Assembly: GCF_049554935.1 (NCBI RefSeq)
Contig: NZ_CP186926.1
Location: 1,280,001 to 1,344,000 of the forward strand
Source: Methanocaldococcus indicus
GTDB taxonomy: Archaea > AGJL01 > Methanococci > Methanococcales > Methanocaldococcaceae
Direction of reading: 5' to 3'
Length of the DNA: 64,000 bases
In this document: in pieces, positions 9,588-20,901 of the stretch
Layout of the letters: each line of letters starts with the position of its first letter
Position numbering within the stretch: the first letter of the stretch is position 1
Notes under the pieces: generated by a model
Told to the model about the DNA's origin: nothing
Database searches by the model: none
The model's input: the letters and a program-made list of their open reading frames with translations, nothing else
Made by a program: the position numbers and the translations under genes

Positions 9588-10748
9588 ATGGAAAATGAAA
9601 AGATAACAGTATCTGTTATAAAAGCTGATGTTGGAGGATTATGTGGGCATACAGAAGCTCCTGAAGAGTTATTAGAGGCTTGTGAGGCTGTTTTAGAGGA
9701 AGCTGTTGATGAGATACTCATTGACTATTATGTTACAAGATGTGGAGATGACATAGATTTAATTATGACTCATAAATTAGGATGTGACAATGAAAAAGTT
9801 CATGGATTGGCTTGGAAAGCTTTTGAAAAAGCAACAGAAATAGCTAAGGAGTTAAAATTATATGGAGCAGGACAAGATTTATTAGCTGATAGTTTCTCTG
9901 GAAATGTTAGAGGTCTTGGTCCAGGATGTGCAGAGATGGAATTTGTTGAAAGAAAAAGTGAGCCAATAGTTGTTTTCTGCTGTGATAAAACAGACCCAAC
10001 AGCTTTCAACTTACCACTGTTCAAGATGTTTGCTGACCCATTCAATACAGCTGGTTTAGTTTTTGACCCCTCTATGATATCTGGATTTAGGTTTGAGGTT
10101 CATGATGTTGTTGGACATAAAAAAGTTTTCTTAGAGACACCTGAAGAGATGTATATGCTCTTAGCTTTAATAGGAGATTATGAAAGATATGCAATAAAAA
10201 GAATATTCAGAAGAAAAGATAATGAAATTGCTGCTGTTGTATCAACAGAAAAATTAAACTACATAGCAGGAGAATATGTTGGAAAAGATGACCCTGTTGC
10301 AATAGTTAGAGCACAAAGTGGATTCCCAGCAGTTGGAGAAGTTTTAGAACCGTTTGCAAATCCACACTTTGTTCCTGGTTGGATGAGAGGTAGCCATTGG
10401 GGACCATTAATGCCAGTTAGTGAAGATGATGCAAGACCAACAAGATTTGACGGACCACCAAGAATAATTGCATTAGGATTCCAATTAAGTGATGGATTAT
10501 TAATTGGACCAAATGATTTATTTGCTGATAAAGGATTTGATAAAGCAAGAGAAAAAGCTTTAGAAATGGCTGATATTATAAGAAAAATGGGACCATTCCA
10601 ACCACATAGATTACCTGCTACAATGATGGAATATACAACTGTCCCAAAAGTTTTAAAAGCATTAGAGGATAGATTTATCCCATTAGAAGGTTTAGAATTA
10701 GTAGAAGAAGGAGGAATAAAAAGAGAAGATAGAGGAGATGTAGAATAA
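9588..10748 (+). CDS. fbp: Bifunctional fructose-1,6-bisphosphate aldolase/phosphatase
   Basis: SVIKADVGG, LYGAGQDLL, YVGKDDPV, GWMRGSH, MEYTT motifs; GGAGG RBS precedes ATG at 9588. Confidence 0.96.
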   Translation: MENEKITVSVIKADVGGLCGHTEAPEELLEACEAVLEEAVDEILIDYYVTRCGDDIDLIMTHKLGCDNEKVHGLAWKAFEKATEIAKELKLYGAGQDLLADSFSGNVRGLGPGCAEMEFVERKSEPIVVFCCDKTDPTAFNLPLFKMFADPFNTAGLVFDPSMISGFRFEVHDVVGHKKVFLETPEEMYMLLALIGDYERYAIKRIFRRKDNEIAAVVSTEKLNYIAGEYVGKDDPVAIVRAQSGFPAVGEVLEPFANPHFVPGWMRGSHWGPLMPVSEDDARPTRFDGPPRIIALGFQLSDGLLIGPNDLFADKGFDKAREKALEMADIIRKMGPFQPHRLPATMMEYTTVPKVLKALEDRFIPLEGLELVEEGGIKREDRGDVE

Positions 10749-11327
10749 CTACAATGGTTTAGTTTTTCTTAAATCTTTTTCTATTTTTTCTATTTCATTT
10801 GCATATTTTAGAGCAATTTCTTCCATAATTTTGTTGGCATCTAAACCTAAATCTTCTAGACCAACAATAGGCACATGGATTTTTTTAGATTTTACATTTA
10901 TTCCTAAGTGTATTTTACCACTAACTATTCCTTTACAAGCTATTGAGACAGATAATTTTTTATTTTTGTAGTATAAATCATCTCCATCTCTATATAATTT
11001 AACTCCATAATTTTCAATAATTTCTTTGGCTATAAAAATTAATAATCTCTGTCTAAAATAAATATCTCTAAGAGAAACATCAAAATGCTCAACAATAAAG
11101 TTTATAGAATCATCTGAAACTATTGGCATATCTATTTTTTCCCTTTTTAAATCTTTCAAATCTTTCATAAATTCTCTTTTTACTTCCATTTTACCTCTAA
11201 ATGCCACAATACTATCCTTCTGAATATTAAATGTCTCAAAAGCCCATAATTCTTTTATTTCTTTTCCTGTATAATCTAAGTTATCTACAAAAACGACAGT
11301 TATATAGCTGAAATCAATAGCCTTCAT
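10749..11327 (-). CDS. DUF366 family protein
   Basis: DSIVAFRG, FIVEHFD, RDGDDLY...KKLSVSIA, KIHLGINV. Confidence 0.8.
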   Translation of the reverse strand: MKAIDFSYITVVFVDNLDYTGKEIKELWAFETFNIQKDSIVAFRGKMEVKREFMKDLKDLKREKIDMPIVSDDSINFIVEHFDVSLRDIYFRQRLLIFIAKEIIENYGVKLYRDGDDLYYKNKKLSVSIACKGIVSGKIHLGINVKSKKIHVPIVGLEDLGLDANKIMEEIALKYANEIEKIEKDLRKTKPL

Positions 11328-11331
11328 TTTT

Positions 11332-12210
11332 TCACTTTAAAATAGTCTCTCCTTTATCTATCTTTTCCAATAAAAAAATCATTAATGAACTTGCAACTAT
11401 ATCAGCTGTTGTTCCTGGATTTAACTTGTTTCCTTCCTTAGATAAGTAGTTATCAAAAATTATAACTTTGTCAATGCTAAAATCATCAATTATCTCCTTA
11501 GCCAACTTAGAAACTTCCTCAGCAACATCATAACCTTTTTTTCTTGCTATTAAAGTATCTGGATATTTAGACAATATTTTCAAGTATGTTTTTGTTATAG
11601 CCAAATTTATCCCATCGCTCTCATAATATTTTTTTAAATATTCATATCCTTCAAATGATATTTTATAGTTAGTTACCATCTCCTTACTTATATTATCCCA
11701 TTCAGAGGATATTTTAAATATATCATAAAGTGTTAAATTCTTTTCAAATATTTCAATCTTTGCATTATTTGAGAAAGCATCTGGGCCTTTTTTAGCTTTT
11801 CCAATATTTGGATTTGCTAAGAGGACAGCATCATAAAAGTTTAAGGCATCTTCAACTGTTGTATTTTTTAAAATTTTTTCTAAGTTCTTTTTTAGTTTTT
11901 TTACACTAAAAATATTCAATTTTCCAGCAGCCATAGATAGTGGGATATGTAAAATAACAATTCCTAAATTTGCATTTGTAGGACTCCATTTTTTGCTTTC
12001 TTCAACTGCCTTTTTAATATACATCCCTAAATTTTTGTTATCTTTTGCTGCTTCATAAACAACATTACCAAATCCAATTCCAGAGGCTATAAAATGATGA
12101 TATTTAATATCATCAAAATCTCTATTTCTATGTACATTACCAGGTTTAAAAGAGCTAACTTCTAAACAACATGCAATTTGTGAAGCTTTCATTATATCAA
12201 ATGGCTCCAT
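11332..12210 (-). CDS. citG: CitG-like triphosphoribosyl-dephospho-CoA synthase family protein
   Basis: [35 protein letters not shown]. Confidence 0.85.
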   Translation of the reverse strand: MEPFDIMKASQIACCLEVSSFKPGNVHRNRDFDDIKYHHFIASGIGFGNVVYEAAKDNKNLGMYIKKAVEESKKWSPTNANLGIVILHIPLSMAAGKLNIFSVKKLKKNLEKILKNTTVEDALNFYDAVLLANPNIGKAKKGPDAFSNNAKIEIFEKNLTLYDIFKISSEWDNISKEMVTNYKISFEGYEYLKKYYESDGINLAITKTYLKILSKYPDTLIARKKGYDVAEEVSKLAKEIIDDFSIDKVIIFDNYLSKEGNKLNPGTTADIVASSLMIFLLEKIDKGETILK

Positions 12211-12211
12211 A

Positions 12212-12928
12212 CTATCTCACTAATTTAACCCAATCTATTTTATTTTTTAATAATGCTCTTGCTATGGATATACAATCAGAGTATTTTAGCATTTCCTTAG
12301 CCCTTTCTAATGAATCAATTGAATTATTTCCAATAATAAATTTATCTTTAAACTCCTCTGAAATTATTTTTAAACTTTCTATATCAGGATATGGTTTATT
12401 TGGATAAAAACAATCTATATGCAACCCATAAAACAACTCTCTAACATAGTTTAGAGTGTCTATTAAATCATTTAATGGAATATAGTTTAATCTTATCTTT
12501 AATAAAACTTTATCAAATCTATCCATCTTATTTAAAAATTTATATAAAAGATACCTATTTTTTAATAGTTCTTGCCCTAAACCTAAGGATGTTATTTCTT
12601 TCTGCCTACAATGGCAATTTAACTCTATAAAATCAGCATAAGTATCTATAACTTCCAACTTTTCATAAGCTTCCTCTATATCTAAAAATCTAACATTTAC
12701 ATTAACCTTGGCTTTTTTTATTAATTCAATTTCATTAATAATATATTCATTGAATTTATCTAAATCAATTATAAACTCCTTTCTACCTCTTTCAGTTATT
12801 AACTTAGCAGCTTTTAGTGTATATTTATCTAAGTTGTATCCTCCTAATGTAACAATATCAAATAAATCCTCATATCTTCTACAGAACTTACCATCTGTAT
12901 AGCCAGCCATTGGTGCTATTGCTATCAT
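12212..12928 (-). CDS. Dihydrouridine synthase-like TIM-barrel protein (MJ0144 family)
   Basis: [25 protein letters not shown]. Confidence 0.82.
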   Translation of the reverse strand: MIAIAPMAGYTDGKFCRRYEDLFDIVTLGGYNLDKYTLKAAKLITERGRKEFIIDLDKFNEYIINEIELIKKAKVNVNVRFLDIEEAYEKLEVIDTYADFIELNCHCRQKEITSLGLGQELLKNRYLLYKFLNKMDRFDKVLLKIRLNYIPLNDLIDTLNYVRELFYGLHIDCFYPNKPYPDIESLKIISEEFKDKFIIGNNSIDSLERAKEMLKYSDCISIARALLKNKIDWVKLVR

Positions 12929-12930
12929 AA

Positions 12931-13524
12931 TTACTTCCTTTTTAAAATTAAGTTATCAAAAAATTTCTCCTGTATAATATCAATTTTATTCTCATTAGCT
13001 AAATACAAAGATGGTAAAAGATATTTAACTTTCTCTTCCCTATTTTTAAACTTTTCCTGAAAAATTATATATTCTTCCTTTAAAATTAATAAATATAGTT
13101 CTTCAACTATCTTGTCTATATCTTCCTCATCATCAATAAGCTCATTAACCAAATCATCTAAGTCATCAACATAAATCTCTTTATCTTTTTGGGATTTTTT
13201 CTTATATTCTCTTTTAATTTTTTTTAGTTCTTTATCCACCTTATTTATAAGTTCATCAGTTGTTATCTTCTCTTTCTTTTCTCTTTTTTTTCTTTTTTTC
13301 TCTTCCTTAGGATTTACTTCATTATAGAGTGATTCTGATTTTAATCTTAACAAAATACCTCCAACTAAAACAACATCAGCAGATAACTTTATATCAAAAT
13401 TTTTAAGTTCTTTAATTTTATTGATATAGTAATCAGCTATTTCAGCAATATTAACATCCCAAGGATTTAATTTTTTTGATTTAATACCCTCCTTAATAAT
13501 CCTTACCCACAATTCAATATCCAT
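12931..13524 (-). CDS. scpA: Segregation and condensation protein A (kleisin)
   Basis: [25 protein letters not shown]-terminal [20 protein letters not shown]. Confidence 0.85.
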   Translation of the reverse strand: MDIELWVRIIKEGIKSKKLNPWDVNIAEIADYYINKIKELKNFDIKLSADVVLVGGILLRLKSESLYNEVNPKEEKKRKKREKKEKITTDELINKVDKELKKIKREYKKKSQKDKEIYVDDLDDLVNELIDDEEDIDKIVEELYLLILKEEYIIFQEKFKNREEKVKYLLPSLYLANENKIDIIQEKFFDNLILKRK

Positions 13525-13978
13525 CTTTTTTCACTTTTTTAACTACTCTTACTCCAAAAATTTCAGTTTCTTTATAATTATTTTCCTTTTCAACACTCTT
13601 AACCATATCCCAAATAGTTAGAAGAGCAACATTTACACCTGTTAATGCCTCCATCTCAACTCCTGTTTTGTATGTTGTTCTTACAGTACATACAACCTTT
13701 ATTTTATCTTCAAATACTTCAAAATCTATATTTACAGAAGATATTGGTAAAGGATGGCAAAGAGGTATTAACTCATAAGTTTTTTTTACAGCCAAAATTC
13801 CAGCTATTTGTGCAGTTGTTAGAACATTTCCCTTTTTTATTTTATTTTCTTTGATAAGGTTTATAGTTTTGGGCATCAGCTTTATATAACCTTCTGCTAC
13901 TGCCTCTCTAAAAACATCTTCTTTTTTAGAAATATCAACCATTTGAATACCTTTATCAGTTAGATGTGTTAGTTTCAT
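13514..13978 (-). CDS. moaC: Cyclic pyranopterin monophosphate synthase
   Basis: [30 protein letters not shown]. Confidence 0.95.
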   Translation of the reverse strand: MKLTHLTDKGIQMVDISKKEDVFREAVAEGYIKLMPKTINLIKENKIKKGNVLTTAQIAGILAVKKTYELIPLCHPLPISSVNIDFEVFEDKIKVVCTVRTTYKTGVEMEALTGVNVALLTIWDMVKSVEKENNYKETEIFGVRVVKKVKKDGY

Positions 13979-14342
13979 AATCAATCTCCACCTTAGAGAT
14001 ATTGAAATCCTTACCTCCTGTTAATTTTAATGAGATGGATTTACATTTTGGACAATAAACTAAAATATCCTCAACTACTGGCTCACCTTCATATCCACAT
14101 TTTAGGCATTTGCATTTAGGTTTAATATATTTGGCTATAATTTCAGCATTCTTACAGATAGTATTCTCTGCTATAACTTCAAAAGCAAATTTTAACTGTT
14201 CTAAATTTATAAAGGTTAATTCTCCAATCTCTAAGTAAATTTTTTTTACTTTTTTTATTTTAATATTTTTATTTTCTTCTTCTCTTTTTATAGATTCTAA
14301 TATAGAGTTCAACATAGCAGAGGCAAAAGACATCTCATGCAT
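13956..14342 (-). CDS. hypA: Hydrogenase maturation nickel metallochaperone
   Basis: MHE N-terminus and two CxxC pairs. Confidence 0.95.
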   Translation of the reverse strand: MHEMSFASAMLNSILESIKREEENKNIKIKKVKKIYLEIGELTFINLEQLKFAFEVIAENTICKNAEIIAKYIKPKCKCLKCGYEGEPVVEDILVYCPKCKSISLKLTGGKDFNISKVEIDYETNTSN

Positions 14343-14781
14343 TTAGCTCACTTTCAACAATTTCTTTTGTTTTAGATTCTTTATCCTTTCCAAAGATTTT
14401 AAAGTTAAACATAACTCTTATAATGTCATCTCCATCTATAACTTTACATTTTCCCAAATAAGCTTTTTGCTTATCAAATCTAACAAAAAATTTGTTATCT
14501 TCTATTCTTAAATGCAAATCTTTTTTTAGTTTATTTATATTTTTCTCATCAGATTTTATTAAATTGAATATATGTTTAAATGTTTTTTCAGCATCTTTAC
14601 CTTTTATGGTTATCTCAACCAACTTTATAGGATTTCTAAAATGACCTTCACTTTCAACAACATTAACCTCTACTTTCTCATCATTTATATCTTCTGGAAT
14701 TAAAAACTCAATAGCTTCCATAACCTTATCTAAATCTTCAGTTGCATGAACAATAGAAGAAAGTTTAACATAATTTAACAT
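14335..14781 (-). CDS. DUF54/RNA-binding protein (exosome-associated type)
   Basis: VHATEDLDKV, EGHFRNPI, RFDKQKAY. Confidence 0.8.
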   Translation of the reverse strand: MLNYVKLSSIVHATEDLDKVMEAIEFLIPEDINDEKVEVNVVESEGHFRNPIKLVEITIKGKDAEKTFKHIFNLIKSDEKNINKLKKDLHLRIEDNKFFVRFDKQKAYLGKCKVIDGDDIIRVMFNFKIFGKDKESKTKEIVESELNA

Positions 14782-14825
14782 TAATTATCACCTAAAAAGT
14801 TTTGAATTTTATTTTTTATTTTAAT

Positions 14826-15527
14826 GAGAGTGTTAAGTTAAGCTTTTATTAATAATTGATAAAAAATAATAAAATATGAAGCTCACGATAGAAGTCTTAA
14901 AGGAGAGAATCGAAGAGGAGAAGATTTTTAAAAGGAATAAGAAGTCGATAGAAGTTAAAATCTTAGCTGGGATTTTGTATTATCTTGGACTATCGTTGAG
15001 GAAGGTAAGTTTGTTTCGTTCCCAATTCGAAAGTATAAGCCATGAGTCGGTTAGGACTTATTATCACAAGATTAAAGATGTTTTAAACGAACCTGAAAGA
15101 AAGGAAAGATACGCAATTGCAATCGATGAGACCAAACTAAAGATTGGAAATGAAAATATTTACGTATGGTCTGCTATTGATGTTGAATCGAAAGAGTGCT
15201 TGGGAGTTTATGTTTCTGAAACAAGAAACTGCCTCGATACTATATTATTCGTTAAGAGTATATTAAAATTTTGCTCTAATAAGCCGAAGATTTTGGTCGA
15301 TGGTGGAAGATGGTATCCGTGGGCATGGCAAAGATTGGGTTTAGAATTTGAAAGAGTCAGATTCGGACTGAGAAATTGTGTAGAAAGCTTTTTCTCACTA
15401 CTCAAACGAAGAACTAAAGCATTTTATAATAGGTTTCCTAATAACAGCAAATTCGATACAGTTGTTAGCTGGATTAAAAGTTTCATGATGTTCTACAATT
15501 GGTTGAAGTCGTTAACTTGACAGTGTC
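14826..15527 (+). mobile_element. IS6-family insertion sequence (about 700 bp)
   Basis: Imperfect 16-bp TIRs GAGAGTGTTAAGTTAA (14826-14841) and TTAACTTGACAGTGTC (15512-15527), 13/16 match; flanking direct repeat TATTTTAAT. Confidence 0.9.
14876..15520 (+). CDS. IS6-family DDE transposase
   Basis: [38 protein letters not shown]; stop lies inside the right TIR. Confidence 0.92.
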   Translation: MKLTIEVLKERIEEEKIFKRNKKSIEVKILAGILYYLGLSLRKVSLFRSQFESISHESVRTYYHKIKDVLNEPERKERYAIAIDETKLKIGNENIYVWSAIDVESKECLGVYVSETRNCLDTILFVKSILKFCSNKPKILVDGGRWYPWAWQRLGLEFERVRFGLRNCVESFFSLLKRRTKAFYNRFPNNSKFDTVVSWIKSFMMFYNWLKSLT

Positions 15528-15687
15528 TATTTTAATAAAAAATACTAAATTTGATGTTTTAATTTTTGACTAATTACTATTTAATGTTTGCAAAATATAT
15601 TTATAGATATTATACTTAATTTATGAGGTAATACAGTTAAAGTATTAAATCTTATTAAACTTCAAATAATTTAAAAGTGGATGTATA

Positions 15688-16611
15688 ATGATTATAAAAA
15701 AGATAGATTTAAGGGACATATCTCCAATAGATATCTATAGAAATATAAAAGGGGAGAATACTTTTTTATTGGAAAGTGCAGAGTTGTCTAAAATTTCAAG
15801 ATACACTATATTAGGAAAATGTGAAGGTAAGGTTATTTTTAAAGATGGTAAGTTAAAAGTAGAGGCATTTACAGAATTTGGTGAGAAAGCAAAAGAGTTG
15901 GAGGGTAAATACAGTTGTCCATTGGATGCTTTGAGAGAAGTTAAGAATATTTACAATTTAGATGTCTCAAAAATAAATCCATATCCAAGATTTAAAGGAG
16001 GATTGGTGGGATATCTAAGTTATGATATTGTTAGATATTGGATAGATTTGGATGAAAAAAAAGATGATTTAAAATTTCCAGATGCAGAGTTTTTGATTGT
16101 TAAGGATTTTATTAGCTTTGATTTAAGAGAGAATAAAATAAATCTTATATCAGATAGTGAGGAAGGAATAGAAAACTTAAAAAATTGGTTAAATCTTACT
16201 AAGCATGAAAATCAAGAAGATATAAACATAAAAAAGATTAAATCTAACACAACAAAAGAAGAATTTGTAAAAATGGTTGAAAAAGCTAAGGACTATATAT
16301 TTGCAGGAGATATTTTTCAGGTTGTATTATCAAGAAGAATAGATATTGATTTTAGTGGAGAGCCATTCTATATTTATAAAAAACTTAGAGAGATTAATCC
16401 ATCTCCATATATGTATTATTTAGATTTTGGAGATAGAAAGATTATTGGCTCTTCACCAGAGATTTTGGTTAGGACAGAGATAAAAAATAACAAAAAAATT
16501 GTTGTAACAAGACCAATAGCTGGAACAATAAGAAGAGGTAGAACTGAGGAAGAGGATAAAGAGTTAGAGAAAATTTTATTAAATGATAAAAAGAGAGAGC
16601 TGAACATATAA
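15688..16611 (+). CDS. trpE: Anthranilate synthase component I, N-terminal part (frameshifted)
   Basis: [49 protein letters not shown]; frame breaks near 16590. Confidence 0.9.
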   Translation: MIIKKIDLRDISPIDIYRNIKGENTFLLESAELSKISRYTILGKCEGKVIFKDGKLKVEAFTEFGEKAKELEGKYSCPLDALREVKNIYNLDVSKINPYPRFKGGLVGYLSYDIVRYWIDLDEKKDDLKFPDAEFLIVKDFISFDLRENKINLISDSEEGIENLKNWLNLTKHENQEDINIKKIKSNTTKEEFVKMVEKAKDYIFAGDIFQVVLSRRIDIDFSGEPFYIYKKLREINPSPYMYYLDFGDRKIIGSSPEILVRTEIKNNKKIVVTRPIAGTIRRGRTEEEDKELEKILLNDKKRELNI

Positions 16612-17063
16612 TGTTGGTTGATTTAGCAAGGAATGATATAGGAAAAATTTCAAAGTTTGGAACTGTTGAAGTTACTGAATTTATGACAATAGAGAAGTAC
16701 TCCCATGTTCAACATATAGTTAGTAATGTTGTTGGAGAGTTAAAAGATAACTATGACTCTTTCTTAGCAGTTAAAGCTACATTTCCAGCAGGGACTTTAA
16801 GTGGTGCTCCAAAAGTTAGGGCTATGGAAATTATAAATGAATTAGAAAAAGCTAAGAGAGGCCCATATGGAGGAGGAGTTGGATACTTTGGCTGGGATGA
16901 TGTTATGGATATAGCAATAACTATAAGAACTTATACATTAAACAAAAATCTTCTATCTCTTCAAGTTGGAGCTGGAATTGTTGCAGATTCTATTCCAGAG
17001 AAGGAATGGGAAGAGACAGAAAGAAAAGGAATGGCTAATATAAAAGCTATTGGTGGATTATGA
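16611..17063 (+). CDS. trpE: Anthranilate synthase component I, C-terminal part
   Basis: [41 protein letters not shown]. Confidence 0.9.
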   Translation: MLVDLARNDIGKISKFGTVEVTEFMTIEKYSHVQHIVSNVVGELKDNYDSFLAVKATFPAGTLSGAPKVRAMEIINELEKAKRGPYGGGVGYFGWDDVMDIAITIRTYTLNKNLLSLQVGAGIVADSIPEKEWEETERKGMANIKAIGGL

Positions 17064-17962
17064 AATACTTAGAGTTGTATAACTTCCCTACAATAGAACT
17101 ACTTTATAAAGCTTTTAAACTAAAAAAATCTAAAAATATTGATTTATGTTCAATAATTAATGCTAAGAGTGGATTATGTAAAGAGAACTGTATATTTTGT
17201 GCTCAATCAATATATCACAATACTCAAATAAATATTTATCCTCTTTTATCAAAGGAGAAGATTTTAGAAGTAGCTAAAAATTTAGATGGTAAAGTTAATA
17301 GGTTTAGTATAGTTGTTAGTGGAAAAGAAGTTAATGGTGATGAATTTAGTAAAATTATAGAAATAATAGAATTATTAAAAGAAGAAACTAACTTAAAAAT
17401 TTGCTGTTCTTTGGGATTGTTAGATAAAGATAAACTAAAAGAATTAAAAAAACTAAATGTTAGAATTCATAACAATTTAGAGACAAACAGAGATTATTTT
17501 AAAAATATATGCACAACACACACATATGAAGATAAGCTAAGAACTATACTTTTAGCCAAAAAAATGGGTTTAGAGGTTTGTAGTGGTGGAATTATTGGAT
17601 TAGGGGAGAGTAGAGAGGATAGGATAAAGTTGGCATTAGAATTAAAAAAACTAAAAGTTGATAGTATTCCTATAAATATATTAATTCCTATTAAAGGGAC
17701 TAAGGCATATGAACTTTATAAAAGAGGAATAATTCAGCCTTTATCAATTGATGAGATATTAAAAACAATTGCAATATTTAAAATAATAAATAAAGATAGT
17801 GAGATAAGATTAGCAGGAGGTAGAAATTATTTAAAAGATTTTCAAAGTTTATCATTATTAGCTTTGGATGGTTTAATGGTTGGGAACTATTTAACAACAA
17901 AGGGAAGAAACCTTAAAAATGATTTAGAGATGATAAATAATTTTAAAAAAATAATTGAATAA
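17060..17962 (+). CDS. bioB: Biotin synthase (radical SAM)
   Basis: [40 protein letters not shown]. Confidence 0.93.
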   Translation: MKYLELYNFPTIELLYKAFKLKKSKNIDLCSIINAKSGLCKENCIFCAQSIYHNTQINIYPLLSKEKILEVAKNLDGKVNRFSIVVSGKEVNGDEFSKIIEIIELLKEETNLKICCSLGLLDKDKLKELKKLNVRIHNNLETNRDYFKNICTTHTYEDKLRTILLAKKMGLEVCSGGIIGLGESREDRIKLALELKKLKVDSIPINILIPIKGTKAYELYKRGIIQPLSIDEILKTIAIFKIINKDSEIRLAGGRNYLKDFQSLSLLALDGLMVGNYLTTKGRNLKNDLEMINNFKKIIE

Positions 17963-19143
17963 TGATAGAGATGAAAAAGGTAAAATTAAGAGTTAAGCCT
18001 GAGGATTTTATTGTAGAGGAGATTATTAACTTAGATAAAGTTGATGGTAACAGATGTTATCTATACAAATTAACAAAGAGAAATATTGAGAGTTTAAAAG
18101 CTTTCTCCTACTTATCTAAAAAATTTAAAATTCCTCTAAAAGATATAGGATACTGTGGGTTAAAGGATAGACATGCCTTAACTACTCAATACATATCAAT
18201 TCCTAAAAAATATGGGAAATTAAAATTAAATGAGAAAAATTTAAAGTTGAAATTAGTTGGAGAGAGTAAATTTTTATTGTTGGGAGATTTAGAAGGAAAT
18301 AGATTTAAAATAACAGTTAGAGATATTAAAGAGAGTGAGTTAGATAGGATAAAAGATAACTTAAAATATATTGATTATGGAGCACCTAACTACTTTGATA
18401 GTCAGAGGTTTGGTAGTGTTTTTGATAAAAAATTTATTGCTAAGGAAATAATTAATAAAAACTATGAAGAGGCTATAAAAATCCTACTTACAAAATATAA
18501 AAAATCTGAAAAAAAGAGAATAAAAGATTTAAAAAGGTTTATATCAAAAAATTGGGGTGATTGGAAGAAGATATATAAATATATTGAAGAAAACAACATA
18601 AAAGCAAAAATGTATGTGAATATAATAAAAGAATTAAAAGAGACAGGAGATTTCAAAAGAGCTTTAAATTATGTTGATGACAGATTAAAAAAGTTGTTTG
18701 TTGCTGCTTATCAAAGCTACTTATGGAATGAATGTGTAAAAGAACTTTTAAAAAACTATATTCCAGAGGAAGATAGAGTATATTATCCTTATGAAGCTGG
18801 AACTTTTCTCTTCTATAAGAAGATTGATGAAGACATCTTCAATAATTTGAAAAATAAAGTTTTTCCAACTATTGCTCCTGATGTTGAATATGATAAAGAA
18901 TATCTTAATATAATAAATAAAATTCTAAAAAAAGAAAACATTAAGATGGAGAATTTAAAAAATATTGATGTCTTAGGTTGTAAATTTCCATATACTGAAA
19001 GAAAAATTTTATCTATTCCTAAGAATTTAAAATATTCTATTGAAAAAGATGAGATTTATAGAGGAAAGTATAAATTAACATTAGATTTTATTTTAGATAA
19101 AGGTAGTTATGCAACAATAATAATTAAAAGGGTATTTTTATGA
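17962..19143 (+). CDS. truD: tRNA pseudouridine(13) synthase
   Basis: PEDFIVEE, GLKDRHALTTQ, GNRF, PNYFDSQRFG, GSYAT. Confidence 0.93.
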   Translation: MIEMKKVKLRVKPEDFIVEEIINLDKVDGNRCYLYKLTKRNIESLKAFSYLSKKFKIPLKDIGYCGLKDRHALTTQYISIPKKYGKLKLNEKNLKLKLVGESKFLLLGDLEGNRFKITVRDIKESELDRIKDNLKYIDYGAPNYFDSQRFGSVFDKKFIAKEIINKNYEEAIKILLTKYKKSEKKRIKDLKRFISKNWGDWKKIYKYIEENNIKAKMYVNIIKELKETGDFKRALNYVDDRLKKLFVAAYQSYLWNECVKELLKNYIPEEDRVYYPYEAGTFLFYKKIDEDIFNNLKNKVFPTIAPDVEYDKEYLNIINKILKKENIKMENLKNIDVLGCKFPYTERKILSIPKNLKYSIEKDEIYRGKYKLTLDFILDKGSYATIIIKRVFL

Positions 19144-20345
19144 AAACTATTGAAATAAACAACTGTAAAATATACTTTGTAGGAACAGCTCATGTCTCAA
19201 AGGATAGTATTGAAGAAGTAGAAAAAGTTATAAGTGAGATACTTCCAGAAGGAATAGCTGTTGAATTAGATGAAAGAAGATTTCTCACCATAATGTCTGA
19301 AAACAAAAATAAAAAGATTGATATAAAAGAAGCATTAAAATCAGGAGATTTTACAAAATTGTTAATATATATTTTCTTATCTAACTCTCAAAAAAAGATT
19401 GGTGAGATGTTTGGTGTAAAACCAGGTAGTGAGATGAAGAAAGCAATTGAATTATCTTATCTGTATAATATACCAATTTACTTAATTGATAGGGATATAA
19501 ACATCACATTATCAAGATTATTAGAAAAAATGCCTCTAAAAGAAAAAATAAAATTTTTAATGGCTTTGTTTGAAGAAGATGATGATATTGAGATAAATGA
19601 AGAAAAACTAAGAGAAATACTAAATAATCCAAAAAAATATGTTGAGATGTTAAAAAAATTGTCTCCAACTATATACAATGTTTTAGTTGATGAGAGAGAT
19701 AAATATATGGCAAAAAAGATTTTTGAGCTAAGTAAAATAAAAAATAGTTTAGTTGTTGTTGTAGGAGCAGGACATGTTGATGGAATAATAAACTATCTAA
19801 AGAGATTAGAAAATGGAGAAAAGATAGATATTGATGAACTAATAAAAGTGAAAGATAAGAAATTTAAATTTAGTAAGATTTTTGGATATTTATTAACCAT
19901 TGCTATATTTGCATTTTTAGGCTATATTCTTTATTATTCTATTAGTAATCCAGATATTTTAAAGTTATTAACTATAAACTGGATTATTTTTACAGGAGGT
20001 TTAGCTGCTTTGGGGGTTGTATTAGCAAGAGGAAAACCATTAACAGCTTTAATAGCCTTTTTATCTGCCCCAATAACTACATTAATCCCTTTACCTTTTG
20101 CAGCAGTTGGAACAGTTGCAGGATTAGTAGAGTTAAAATTTAGAGAAATAACTGATAAAGATATTGTTAATTTATTTGAGGCAGATTTAAAAGATTTATT
20201 AAATAACAACTTATTTAGAATATTACTTGTTGCTACTTTATCAAACTTAGGAGCAACTATTGGTGTATTCTATTGCTTAGGAAAATTTACACATATTTTT
20301 ATTTTATTCCCAACCTTGTTTCTAACGATTCAAACCTTTTTATAA
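19140..20345 (+). CDS. TraB/PrgY (pheromone shutdown) family membrane protein
   Basis: VGTAHVS, AVELD, PGSEM, DERDKYMA, VVGAGHVDGI and C-terminal TMs. Confidence 0.88.
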   Translation: MKTIEINNCKIYFVGTAHVSKDSIEEVEKVISEILPEGIAVELDERRFLTIMSENKNKKIDIKEALKSGDFTKLLIYIFLSNSQKKIGEMFGVKPGSEMKKAIELSYLYNIPIYLIDRDINITLSRLLEKMPLKEKIKFLMALFEEDDDIEINEEKLREILNNPKKYVEMLKKLSPTIYNVLVDERDKYMAKKIFELSKIKNSLVVVVGAGHVDGIINYLKRLENGEKIDIDELIKVKDKKFKFSKIFGYLLTIAIFAFLGYILYYSISNPDILKLLTINWIIFTGGLAALGVVLARGKPLTALIAFLSAPITTLIPLPFAAVGTVAGLVELKFREITDKDIVNLFEADLKDLLNNNLFRILLVATLSNLGATIGVFYCLGKFTHIFILFPTLFLTIQTFL

Positions 20346-20509
20346 AAGTGATGAGGAATTAAAAATAATAAATTAATTATATTAATTCATATACTTACTT
20401 ATTTAAATTTATAAATTTTTTGTTTATTATTTGATGACAGATAATTATATATATACTCAACTATTATTTAATGTTTTTAGTATCCACTAAATAGTTAAGA
20501 GGGGAAAAC

Positions 20510-20896
20510 ATGAGTGTTTGGCAAGGTAAAAGTAGAAGAAAACCAACAGGAGGATTATATAGATTAGCAAGAAAAAAGAGAAAATATGAAATGGGAAGAG
20601 AGCCAATTGAAACACATATATCAGAAGATAGAAAAATAAAAAAAGTTAGAACAAGAGGTGGAAACTTAAAAGTTAAAGTTGTTAGAACAAACTATGCAAA
20701 TGTTATGGACCCTGAAACAAACACCTGTAAAAAAGTTAAAATCTTAACTGTAAAAGAAAATAAAGCAAATATACACTATGTTAGAAGAAATGTTATAACA
20801 AAAGGAGCAATTATTGAGACAGAGATAGGTTTAGCAAGAGTTACATCACGCCCTGGACAAGATGGAACTGTTAATGCTGTATTAATAAAAGAATAA
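20510..20896 (+). CDS. rps8e: 30S ribosomal protein S8e
   Basis: [27 protein letters not shown]. Confidence 0.97.
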   Translation: MSVWQGKSRRKPTGGLYRLARKKRKYEMGREPIETHISEDRKIKKVRTRGGNLKVKVVRTNYANVMDPETNTCKKVKILTVKENKANIHYVRRNVITKGAIIETEIGLARVTSRPGQDGTVNAVLIKE

Positions 20897-20901
20897 AATT
20901 T

